18,115 bases of DNA from a virus, in IMG/VR virus record IMGVR_UViG_3300045988_171219, positions 1-18,115 of that record. One strand, given 5' to 3'. The notes beneath the pieces are model-generated. The model was not told where the DNA came from. It did not search any database and worked only from the letters and a program-made list of their open reading frames with translations. Position numbers and translations under genes: made by a program. Of this stretch, positions 5,946-13,272 are shown piece by piece (position 1 is the first letter of the stretch; each line of letters opens with the position of its first letter).

Positions 5946-6821
5946 ATGATAGCAAAAAAGTTAAAAACAAATGCCCAAGCAAGAAATAATCGTGTTTATA
6001 TTCATAATGTAAAACGATTATATAAAAAGGCTATATCTATGTTTGAGTGGGTAAATATGCCTAAGGAAATAGATACTAGATACTTAGAAAAAACTCTTGT
6101 TGAACAAGGACATATATGTTTCTTTAAAGATGAAAAATTAGATAAATTTATGTGTTTACAATGTACAATCGGTGGTAGGTTTAATGTTTATGACCTACCT
6201 ACTGATTATCATGTGTATACACCTAGTGGATATAATAGAGACCTTGATATGTCTAATAGTGTAGTAATTTATTCTGATTTAGCACATGATAATTTAATGC
6301 CTGTGATATATTATCACGCAGAAAATATATCTAATGTAGAAAGAACTATTGATATAAATCTTAATCAATTAAAAAGACCTTACGTATTCTTAGTACCTGA
6401 AAATAAAATATCAAGTGTTAAGGCACTTTTCAAACAAATTAAAGATAATGAAGAATTAATTATTGGTAGTAATGATTTAAGTGTAGAGGGTTTATCAATA
6501 GAAAATACGATAACACCTAATAACACAATTGATTTATACACATTAAAGAAAAAATATTATAATGAAGCACTAACTGATTTAGGTATATCAAATTTTTCTG
6601 ACGATAAAAAAGAACGTCTTTTAGCGGGTGAAATAACTAGTAATGAAGAAGATGTTTATCTAAACAGAGCCAATATGTTGGAAGCAAGAAAACAAGCATG
6701 TAAATTAATTAATGAAATGTTTGGACTTAATATTGATGTTAAATTTAGATATGAAGAAAATGTAACAATGGACGAAATAGATGAAACTGAAGATTTAGAC
6801 GAGGTGAAAAATAATGAGTAG
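5946..6821 (+). CDS. Portal / upper collar connector (phi29 gp10-like), 291 aa
   Basis: Blocks parallel phi29 gp10 as recalled: FEWVNMPKEID.RYLEKTL, VVIYSD, KKERLL.GEITSNEE and ARKQACKLINEMFGLNIDVKFRY. ATG 5946 with SD AAAGGA (5931-5936) is preferred over the track's ATG at 5925. Confidence 0.88.
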   Translation: MIAKKLKTNAQARNNRVYIHNVKRLYKKAISMFEWVNMPKEIDTRYLEKTLVEQGHICFFKDEKLDKFMCLQCTIGGRFNVYDLPTDYHVYTPSGYNRDLDMSNSVVIYSDLAHDNLMPVIYYHAENISNVERTIDINLNQLKRPYVFLVPENKISSVKALFKQIKDNEELIIGSNDLSVEGLSIENTITPNNTIDLYTLKKKYYNEALTDLGISNFSDDKKERLLAGEITSNEEDVYLNRANMLEARKQACKLINEMFGLNIDVKFRYEENVTMDEIDETEDLDEVKNNE

Positions 6822-7548
6822 ATACACATTAAGATTATCTGATGTATGCGAGATGTATTATGCTGGACGTGAAAAAGAACTTAATAATAGTAGTTTAACT
6901 GAACTTTTAGATAATGGACTTACACCCTTAGAAAATATATTTGAAGTACCTACACCTGATGAGATAATTGAATATGCAAGACCTAAAATTTTTGATTTTG
7001 ACTACCCACTTCCAAATAATAGTGTGGACAAAAAGAAAGAACTTGAAACAAAAATTTTAAAACATTATTATACAAGGGAACTAGGTGCTGACTCATGGGG
7101 TGTATTTAAATTAAGATTAAATGAAAGATTAAATTTAATAATGCCTTACTTTAATGATTTATATAAGACAATTGATTTAATGAACGATAACCCATTAATT
7201 AATAATGAAATAACAGAAACTAAAAATACTAAAAATAGTAATACCAATAGTGGGCAAGCAAGTGCTAACTCTACATCAAACGCTAAAGAAGTATTTCAAA
7301 ATACTCCGTCAAGTCAAATTGGTGATGTTGACTATGCCACCACTATAACAACAAATGAAAATTCTACCACTGATACAAGCGAAAACTCAGGCACTAGTAG
7401 TGGTAATGAAGATATGATAAGAACAATTAGAGGTTTATCAAATTACTCTAAACAAGACATGATATCAAGATATCGTGAAAATATTATAAATGTGGAAGAA
7501 GCAATAATAAATGAACTTTATGATTTATTTCTTCTAATTTATAGTTAG
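6814..7548 (+). CDS. Lower collar protein (phi29 gp11 position), 244 aa
   Basis: Assigned by synteny, lying immediately after the portal gene. SD GAGGTG upstream. Contains a Ser/Thr/Asn-rich central segment. No motif independently recognised. Confidence 0.55.
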   Translation: MSRYTLRLSDVCEMYYAGREKELNNSSLTELLDNGLTPLENIFEVPTPDEIIEYARPKIFDFDYPLPNNSVDKKKELETKILKHYYTRELGADSWGVFKLRLNERLNLIMPYFNDLYKTIDLMNDNPLINNEITETKNTKNSNTNSGQASANSTSNAKEVFQNTPSSQIGDVDYATTITTNENSTTDTSENSGTSSGNEDMIRTIRGLSNYSKQDMISRYRENIINVEEAIINELYDLFLLIYS

Positions 7549-7560
7549 TTATGATATAAT
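7532..7560 (+). promoter_or_regulatory. Possible internal promoter ahead of the fibre genes
   Basis: Extended -10 TGATATAAT (7552-7560) is identical to the 9-mer at 16504-16512. The -35 is weak (TTCTAA 7532-7537) at 17-nt spacing. It lies in the 29-nt gap after the lower collar gene. Confidence 0.35.
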
Positions 7561-7577
7561 AAAATTGAGGTGATAAT

Positions 7578-8222
7578 ATGAATAATCTTAATATATTTTT
7601 TAATAAAAATCATGAAATGGTATTAAATAATGACGTATCACTAGAAGCAATTACTAGTAAAGTAGTTGATTATCTAAATTGTTTAATAGACCGAGAAAAT
7701 GAATTATTAAAAATGTTTGAAAACTTAAAAACAGAAACAAATACATCTATTACAGATTTAAGTAATGCTTTATCTGAATTTGTAAGAGAGCAAAAATCTA
7801 ATTATTTAATTTTTGAAACTGAATTAATAAATAGTCTAGTGGAATATAAAAACGATACAGATAAAGAAATAACTGATAAATCTAATGAAGTAGATAATGC
7901 TTTAAATAATATAGATTTAACTGAGGCTGTAAGTAGTTATTTTACATCACAACTTAATACTGATTATTTTAAAAATTTATATCAAACAATCGTAAAAAGT
8001 GTATATGTTTTAGCAGATTATAGTAGCAACCCTAATATTACATACAATAGTGCTTACTATTATAATACAACTGAAGATGTATTATATTACAAGCAAGGAA
8101 GTGTAGTAAAAGCACTAGATTTACTTGAGAGTTGTTTTTATTATTTTAATGGACATTTATATGTAGTAATAGAAGAAAATGGTAAAAAAGTTTTAAGAGA
8201 GGGTGTTATAACTAATGGATAA
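7578..8222 (+). CDS. Tail/neck fibre-associated protein, 214 aa (coiled-coil N-terminal half)
   Basis: SD GAGGTG upstream of ATG 7578. Lies between the collar gene and the large fibre gene. The heptad-like N-terminus resembles that of the next protein. Confidence 0.45.
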   Translation: MNNLNIFFNKNHEMVLNNDVSLEAITSKVVDYLNCLIDRENELLKMFENLKTETNTSITDLSNALSEFVREQKSNYLIFETELINSLVEYKNDTDKEITDKSNEVDNALNNIDLTEAVSSYFTSQLNTDYFKNLYQTIVKSVYVLADYSSNPNITYNSAYYYNTTEDVLYYKQGSVVKALDLLESCFYYFNGHLYVVIEENGKKVLREGVITNG

Positions 8223-9768
8223 ATACAAGGCGTGGATATCTTCTTTAACACCCTTAGATTTTGCAAATGAAAAATCTTTGGAACAAATTATTTATGAACT
8301 TATTCCTATATTAATGGAAATTAAAAATAATCAAGATAGTAAAACAACAAGTTATGATATATTTTTAACTGATTTAAAGAAAAAAATTAATGATATTAAA
8401 ACAACTATAACTATAAGTAAAACAGAATTTATAAATAGAGAAGATGAAATAAAAACGAATATTTCAAGTAAAGAGCATGAAATAAGTTTAAATATTTTAA
8501 ATAGATTTACGGAAATATTAGATAAAATTAATAATTTTGGAGATAGTTATTTTACTAATAACCCTGATGTATTTACTAAGGGTATATTAGATGTTGCGTT
8601 CTTACTTAGTAATAATACTACACCTTATTCTAAGTGGAATAAAGAAGATAAAGGAATTTATGATACTAATGTTAATTTAGTGGATATTGTGTCTACTCCA
8701 CCCCTTGAAGCAAGTGGATATAGATATTGTACAAGTGATAAACAAGTTTATTATGGAGACCATATCACTACGGACGGACAAATCAATAAGTTAGTAAAAT
8801 ATAAAAATAATGTTCTTTATAAAAAAGCATATGGTGTTTTACAAGAAAAATTATTTCCAACAGGCGAAAATGGATATTTTATAGGTTTTTGTGATATTAA
8901 TAATGCGTGCTTTTTTGCTTCTTCTGTAAGTGGAAGTGAAACAACATACTCAATTAAAATGATTAATTTAACTACTAAAGAATTAACACGATATGAAAAT
9001 TTAGTAATGCCAACTGGTTTTTCAAATGTTTATTTAAGTAACAATAATCATTATATTATTAAAAAATTTAATGAGTATTATTTTATGTTTTATTTAAAAA
9101 CTGGCGAAACTATTCCATACATTGCTAAGTCAACTGATTTAATTCACTGGGCAAATGTAGGTAGTATTGGTGCAACTGGTTTAATAACTCTCAGAGTATG
9201 TAATAATAACTTATATATAACTACTTCATCTTTCGGGTCATACTTATATGATGAAGTAAATAACAAATTTGATAAAGTAACCTATGATAATAACGAAGTA
9301 ATAATTATTGGTGAAATTGAAGAAAATATAGTGTTTGTACCTACCACGGGTGGAAGTATTTATTCAACATCAGACAAAAACTTAGCAAACGCAACTATTT
9401 TTAAAGGTGGTACATATTATGCAACTGGTAATGTTAATAGACTAGAATTTAGTAAAAATGAAAACCTTTTTACAATTTTAGGAGAGCCATACCAATTACA
9501 ATATGATATCTTAAGTGTAATGTATATAACTAATCACGGATATCCTATACATAATATCGAGTTTAGTAACCTTAATGCATTTTTTAACATAGATGATAAA
9601 ACTCTATATTCTATTTATAGTATAAGAGGCTCTGTTAAATATTATCCTACCAAATTTGATACACCTTTTATAGGAGATATTGTTATCAATGAAAATGGAG
9701 ATATTTACGATGATAAATATTTACAAAAACTAGAAATAAAAACTGAGTGGGAGTATTTAGGCAGATGA
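8215..9768 (+). CDS. Tail fibre / appendage receptor-binding protein (phi29 gp12 position), 517 aa
   Basis: Assigned by synteny. Has a coiled-coil N-terminus and a beta-rich C-terminal ~350 aa with Asp-box-like strings (KSTDLIHW, YSTSDKN) that suggest a beta-propeller fold. Confidence 0.55.
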   Translation: MDKYKAWISSLTPLDFANEKSLEQIIYELIPILMEIKNNQDSKTTSYDIFLTDLKKKINDIKTTITISKTEFINREDEIKTNISSKEHEISLNILNRFTEILDKINNFGDSYFTNNPDVFTKGILDVAFLLSNNTTPYSKWNKEDKGIYDTNVNLVDIVSTPPLEASGYRYCTSDKQVYYGDHITTDGQINKLVKYKNNVLYKKAYGVLQEKLFPTGENGYFIGFCDINNACFFASSVSGSETTYSIKMINLTTKELTRYENLVMPTGFSNVYLSNNNHYIIKKFNEYYFMFYLKTGETIPYIAKSTDLIHWANVGSIGATGLITLRVCNNNLYITTSSFGSYLYDEVNNKFDKVTYDNNEVIIIGEIEENIVFVPTTGGSIYSTSDKNLANATIFKGGTYYATGNVNRLEFSKNENLFTILGEPYQLQYDILSVMYITNHGYPIHNIEFSNLNAFFNIDDKTLYSIYSIRGSVKYYPTKFDTPFIGDIVINENGDIYDDKYLQKLEIKTEWEYLGR

Positions 9769-10073
9769 AAATAGAAAAAATGAAAAATCTATATTGGTTA
9801 ATTGGGGTAGTAGCAAGTATTTTAATAATTATTATAACTAATACGTGGAAGTTATCAAAATATCATGAAAAAATAGATAATGCATATAATGAAATATTAG
9901 TAACTATTAAGACTAATGAACAAATGAGTTTAAAATCTATTATATGGAACGATAGTATTCCTATTAGTGATAGATTATCAGCATGTGATATCTATATTCA
10001 AAAAGGTTATAATAGTGTTACGAAAAAACATTGTGAAATTGCTCTATCGAATTACTCAGATAAAAATGTTTAA
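9765..10073 (+). CDS. Holin-like membrane protein, 102 aa (single N-terminal TM, possible dual start MKIEKMK)
   Basis: ATG 9765 follows SD GGGAG (9750-9754). The TM helix is LYWLIGVVASILIIIITNTW. Its position just upstream of the lysins, and the two Met codons separated by Lys residues, resemble holin/antiholin dual starts. Confidence 0.45.
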   Translation: MKIEKMKNLYWLIGVVASILIIIITNTWKLSKYHEKIDNAYNEILVTIKTNEQMSLKSIIWNDSIPISDRLSACDIYIQKGYNSVTKKHCEIALSNYSDKNV

Positions 10074-10086
10074 TACGGAGGTTTTT

Positions 10087-10263
10087 ATGAAAATATTAGA
10101 AAATTTAATTAAAGTAAAAACAATTATAACTCTAGCAACTACTGGTTTATTTATCTATTTAGCAATAAAAGAGATATTACCCGTAGAAACTTCTAGTATG
10201 GTTATCGGCATGGTTTTTACATATTATTTTAATAAAGATAAAAATAAAAATGAAAGTGAGTGA
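10087..10263 (+). CDS. Small two-TM holin-like protein, 58 aa
   Basis: ATG 10087 follows SD GGAGG. The two hydrophobic helices are TIITLATTGLFIYLAI and SSMVIGMVFTYYF, with a charged C-terminus KDKNKNESE. The track ORF from 9967 overlaps the previous gene and lacks an RBS. Confidence 0.55.
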   Translation: MKILENLIKVKTIITLATTGLFIYLAIKEILPVETSSMVIGMVFTYYFNKDKNKNESE

Positions 10264-10269
10264 AGCGTA

Positions 10270-11073
10270 ATGAAAGCAATATATTTTGCTAAAGAAATGA
10301 GATTAAGTCAAGGGTACAATAATGGAAATCATAAGCGTCATGTACCTTTTGACTATCCAATTGATGAAACTTATAATAAACCTAATGGTGTTTTTTATGC
10401 ACCTTTTGATTGTGTGGTAGTAAAAAAGTATAAATCACGTTCTAATCAAATATGGATAACAAGTGTAGAACCTGTTTATACACCAACATTTACTGATTAT
10501 GTTACTATACTTATTGGGCATATTTCACCAAAAGAATTTGATAAAATTAAAGTTGGTGATTTATATAAACAAAAATCACCAATAGTACATGAATATAAAG
10601 ACGGACTATCCACTGGACCTCATAATCATGTAACAATGGGGCGTGGTAAACTAGGTAAAGCATGGAGTGAACACAATGGTGTATGGTGTATTAATACCAC
10701 GGGTGGTGCTAAAAAGCCCGAAGATTGTCTTTATATTGACCCTGATTTTACTAAAATAATTGATAATAAAGGAATAATGTTTGAATTTTTAGATAGTCCA
10801 CACGAACATAGTAGATATTATACATGTATATATGATATGTATATTAATAAAGATATGAGTTTTAATAATCATCAAAAGGTTAAAAATTGCACCCCTCAAA
10901 TGAAACGTGCCTTAAAATATAAAGAACCTAACGCTGATGCAGTAATTAGAAAAGGAACTACCATAACCGCTTTAGATATTATTGATAAAGGAGATATCAT
11001 GTGGATAAAAAATTATAATGGATATGTTTGTTTAAAAGGTAAAAAAGGATATTACCTAACGGAGTATAAATGA
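10270..11073 (+). CDS. Endolysin candidate: M23 (LytM-type) metallopeptidase with C-terminal SH3b-like wall-binding domain, 267 aa
   Basis: M23 signatures HxxxD (HVPFD) and HxH (GPHNHV) are present. The C-terminal ~70 aa (AVIRKGTTITALDIIDKGDIMWIKNYNGYVCLKGKKGYYL) are SH3b-like. Confidence 0.7.
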   Translation: MKAIYFAKEMRLSQGYNNGNHKRHVPFDYPIDETYNKPNGVFYAPFDCVVVKKYKSRSNQIWITSVEPVYTPTFTDYVTILIGHISPKEFDKIKVGDLYKQKSPIVHEYKDGLSTGPHNHVTMGRGKLGKAWSEHNGVWCINTTGGAKKPEDCLYIDPDFTKIIDNKGIMFEFLDSPHEHSRYYTCIYDMYINKDMSFNNHQKVKNCTPQMKRALKYKEPNADAVIRKGTTITALDIIDKGDIMWIKNYNGYVCLKGKKGYYLTEYK

Positions 11074-11675
11074 AGCAAAATCAAAAAATGAGGGGAAAAA
11101 ATGGTTTACAAAATGCCTTATTTCCTTTACAAACACTTAGTTGTTCGAGAGGTAGCCATAAAGGTGATGACTACGCATACGATTTTGTAGGATATAAGGG
11201 CGGAGTTAAAACCCCCGATTGTCCTATGTATGCTCCTTTTGATTGTAAAGTAGTCTATAAAGGAAGTAGTGATGAAAAAGAACCCACGATTGTATGGCAG
11301 AGTATAGAAAAAGTAAATTTTGTAAATGGTGAAGTTGATTATATGTGTATAAGTGTTTCTCATGATGATAATTGGAAAAGTTATAATATAGGTGATACAC
11401 GTAAACAAGGAGAACACTTCGCCAATACTGGGGAGACGGGATATGCTTTTGGAGACCATACACATATGATATGTGGTAAAGGTGTTTTTGATAATTTTTA
11501 CATAACACCAATGGGTGCTTATACACTTAAAAATCAATATGATATGCCTCTATGTTTAGGTGTTAATGATACTATTATTAGAGATACTGGTGGGTTTACG
11601 TGGAGTGAATTTAAAGTAGATAAAAAAGATATAATGCCACTATCATTATGTGGTGCTTTAAAATGGAGTGTGTAA
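11070..11675 (+). CDS. Second M23 (LytM-type) metallopeptidase, 201 aa, no wall-binding domain (possible tail-associated lysin, phi29 gp13 analogue)
   Basis: ATGA overlap with the upstream gene. Has HxxxD (HKGDD) and HxH (GDHTHM). It shares YAPFDC.VV with the upstream M23 protein. Confidence 0.65.
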   Translation: MKQNQKMRGKNGLQNALFPLQTLSCSRGSHKGDDYAYDFVGYKGGVKTPDCPMYAPFDCKVVYKGSSDEKEPTIVWQSIEKVNFVNGEVDYMCISVSHDDNWKSYNIGDTRKQGEHFANTGETGYAFGDHTHMICGKGVFDNFYITPMGAYTLKNQYDMPLCLGVNDTIIRDTGGFTWSEFKVDKKDIMPLSLCGALKWSV

Positions 11676-11678
11676 TTT

Positions 11679-12671
11679 ATGCCTGAAAGTTTTTATTATA
11701 GTCCTCAAAAATTACTTACATATAACTATCTATGGAATATGGTTATCGGAGAACGTGGTAATGGTAAAACATATGCTATGAAAAAATATTTTATTAAAGA
11801 TTTTATAAAAAATGGACATCAATTCGTTTGGATAAGAAGATACGAAACTGAATTTGATGATTTTAAAGAATTTTTCTCTGATATTATAGCCAATAATGAA
11901 TTTCCAAAATATGAATTAAGTGTTAATGGAAAAAAGTTATATTGTAATGGTAAAGTTATGGGTTTTGGTATACCTTTATCAAAAGGTATTACTAAAAAGA
12001 GTGTTAATTATTCTGGTGTAACACATATATGTTTTGATGAATTTTTAATACCTAGAGGTTCAAGTTATCATTATTTAAAAAATGAGGTGTTTCGTCTTTT
12101 TGATTTATACGAAACAATCGCACGTACAAGACGGGTTAAAATGTTTATGGTTGCTAACTCAATAAGTCAAAATAACCCTTATTTTAGAGAATTTAATATT
12201 CGATTAACGGGAGAATTTACTAAAGTAAATGAACAAGTTATTGTTGAAACTACCAATAGTGTTAATTATAGACAATATAAAAAGCAAACAGATTTTGGAC
12301 GTCTTGCTTCACTTACTGGTTATTCAAAATACGCTATTGATAATGATTTTGTGGAGGATAATTATAATTTTATTGAAAAAAGAACTCCTGAGGCAATAAA
12401 CAGATTTAATATTCAATTTGATAAAATAATGTTAGGTATATGGATAGACACTAAAAATGGTAAATTATTTGTATCAAATAAATATAATCCTGAACTTCCT
12501 GTTTATTGTATAACCGTGGACCATTTAAAACCTAATTATCTAATTTTAAAATCTAATTCACACTTTATGAATATGTTAAAAAATGCTTATGAATATGGAT
12601 ATATTTATTATGAAAATCTAAAAATAAAGGGTTATATGGAAAATGTCCAAAAGTATTTGAATATAAAATAA
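11679..12671 (+). CDS. DNA encapsidation (packaging) ATPase (phi29 gp16-like), 330 aa
   Basis: FYYSPQKLLTYNYLWNMVIGERGNGKTYAMKKY contains Walker A (GxxGxGKT), and ICFDEF is Walker B-like. Nearly colinear with phi29 gp16 as recalled and of similar length. Confidence 0.9.
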   Translation: MPESFYYSPQKLLTYNYLWNMVIGERGNGKTYAMKKYFIKDFIKNGHQFVWIRRYETEFDDFKEFFSDIIANNEFPKYELSVNGKKLYCNGKVMGFGIPLSKGITKKSVNYSGVTHICFDEFLIPRGSSYHYLKNEVFRLFDLYETIARTRRVKMFMVANSISQNNPYFREFNIRLTGEFTKVNEQVIVETTNSVNYRQYKKQTDFGRLASLTGYSKYAIDNDFVEDNYNFIEKRTPEAINRFNIQFDKIMLGIWIDTKNGKLFVSNKYNPELPVYCITVDHLKPNYLILKSNSHFMNMLKNAYEYGYIYYENLKIKGYMENVQKYLNIK

Positions 12672-12685
12672 TAATGTGTTATAAT
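12657..12685 (+). promoter_or_regulatory. Promoter-like element P1 overlapping the end of the ATPase gene
   Basis: TTGAAT (12657-12662), a 17-nt spacer, then TGTTATAAT (TATAAT 12680-12685). Confidence 0.4.
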
Positions 12686-12691
12686 ATATAA

Positions 12692-12773
12692 AGGGAGAAG
12701 TTACGCTATATGCTTTTATCCGTTTAACTTTTTTAATCTCCCTAAGATATAACTATATGTTATATCCTTTTTT
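12692..12773 (+). ncRNA. Small RNA unit 1 (~80 nt), or alternatively the structured 3' UTR of the late operon
   Basis: A long imperfect hairpin pairs AGGGAGA (12692-12698) with TCTCCCT (12737-12743) and AAGTTA (12698-12703) with TAACTT (12725-12730). The terminator at 12746-12773 follows. No credible ORF, only a 5-codon ATG frame. Confidence 0.3.
12746..12773 (+). terminator. Rho-independent terminator (late operon / sRNA unit 1)
   Basis: Stem GATATAAC (12746-12753) pairs with GTTATATC (12759-12766) around loop TATAT, followed by CTTTTTT. Confidence 0.7.
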
Positions 12774-12774
12774 C

Positions 12775-12803
12775 TTGACTTAAAAACTTTTATATGTTAT
12801 ATT
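12775..12803 (+). promoter_or_regulatory. Promoter P2
   Basis: TTGACT (12775-12780), a 17-nt spacer, then TGTTATATT (-10 TATATT 12798-12803). It abuts the preceding terminator's T-tract. Confidence 0.55.
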
Positions 12804-12809
12804 ATAGAT

Positions 12810-12944
12810 ATGAAACGGGTAAATAAGCACGCATAACACAAGTTCTTATTTCTCTATAAAACCTAACCTGAAAAAAGTTGAATTTCTCTATACCCGTTTC
12901 ATCTATTAATCTATATGAAAAAGCAACTGATAAGTTGTTTTTTC
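12810..12944 (+). ncRNA. Small RNA unit 2 (~135 nt); pRNA candidate by adjacency to the packaging ATPase
   Basis: A 12-bp closing helix pairs ATGAAACGGGTA (12810-12821) with TACCCGTTTCAT (12891-12902). Two CU-rich direct repeats ATTTCTCTATA lie at 12848-12858 and 12882-12892. The terminator hairpin pairs 12917-12928 with 12933-12944. No SD-preceded ORF. Confidence 0.45.
12917..12944 (+). terminator. Terminator-like hairpin ending sRNA unit 2
   Basis: GAAAAAGCAACT, loop GATA, AGTTGTTTTTTC form a 12-bp stem with one G-T pair. The 3' arm itself is T-rich. Confidence 0.5.
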
Positions 12945-12954
12945 ATTTGTAATA

Positions 12955-12983
12955 TTTACATTAATACAAACATTTGTTATAAT
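12955..12983 (+). promoter_or_regulatory. Promoter P3
   Basis: TTTACA (12955-12960), a 17-nt spacer, then TGTTATAAT (TATAAT 12978-12983). Confidence 0.6.
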
Positions 12984-12989
12984 ATAAAT

Positions 12990-13076
12990 GGTAACATCTT
13001 ACCTCGAGTAACTTTCATGTGTTACCTAAACCTTAAGAAATCTTAAGAACATTTAAGAAATCTTAAGGTAATTTTA
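12990..13076 (+). ncRNA. Small RNA unit 3 (~87 nt)
   Basis: The 5' hairpin pairs GGTAACA (12990-12996) with TGTTACC (13020-13026), with alternative pairings involving TTACC (12999-13003) and GTAAC (13008-13012). A long terminator hairpin at 13030-13069 follows. Confidence 0.45.
13030..13075 (+). terminator. Rho-independent terminator ending sRNA unit 3
   Basis: ACCTTAAGA (13030-13038) pairs with TCTTAAGGT (13061-13069), and TCTTAAG (13041-13047) pairs with TTTAAGA (13052-13058, with one G-T pair). Loop is AACA and the tail is AATTTT. The stem is built from two 15-nt direct repeats of TTAAGAAATCTTAAG. Confidence 0.55.
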
Positions 13077-13117
13077 GTTAAAGTGTGGCTTTTATTTTAT
13101 CAATAAAGTGGTATATT
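13075..13117 (+). promoter_or_regulatory. Replication-operon promoter (extended -10 plus 16-nt motif)
   Basis: The motif copy TAGTTAAAGTGTGGCT (13075-13090) ends 21 nt before TGGTATATT (-10 TATATT 13112-13117). This is the same geometry as in the ITR promoter. Confidence 0.45.
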
Positions 13118-13121
13118 TAAT

Positions 13122-13272
13122 TTACAAGCAGAAAAAATATAAGTATTTAAGAGTATAACTCTTTTGTACTTAACAAAATCTTTAAGGGAGTTTTGGCAAA
13201 AATTTCTGCTTGTAATATTAATTAATATTTATCCCTTAGAAAAATTTTTAAATGAAAGCGAGGTGAGAACAA
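13122..13272 (+). promoter_or_regulatory. Structured 5' leader of the SSB / terminal protein / polymerase operon
   Basis: A 13-bp stem pairs TTACAAGCAGAAA (13122-13134) with TTTCTGCTTGTAA (13203-13215). Nested hairpins pair 13140-13145 with 13167-13172 and 13149-13153 with 13159-13163. Loop segment TAAGGGA (13183-13189) is complementary to TCCCTTA (13232-13238). An AU-rich stretch leads to SD GAGGTGA (13260-13266). Confidence 0.45.

Noticed and set aside
11127-11537. Antisense ORFs of 136 aa and 100 aa (11224-11526) opposite the second M23 peptidase gene. Other antisense track ORFs lie at 1328-1531, 4345-4578, 14725-14952, 15455-15664 and 17654-17908.
   Set aside because: All are embedded antisense in CDSs supported by homology or operon context. 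They lack SD sequences, and their translations are low-complexity and rich in F, I, Y and T. The unusual openness at 11127-11537 is noted under the lysis-cassette finding only as a compositional oddity.
12915-13046. 43-aa ORF (MKKQLISCFFICNIY...) spanning sRNA units 2 and 3, and a 34-aa hydrophobic ORF at 16546-16650 inside the pRNA candidate (possible type I toxins)
   Set aside because: Neither has an SD-like sequence within 5-12 nt of its ATG. The first crosses a terminator and a promoter, and the second lies within paired helices. Non-coding RNA is the simpler reading, and ribosome profiling could revisit this.
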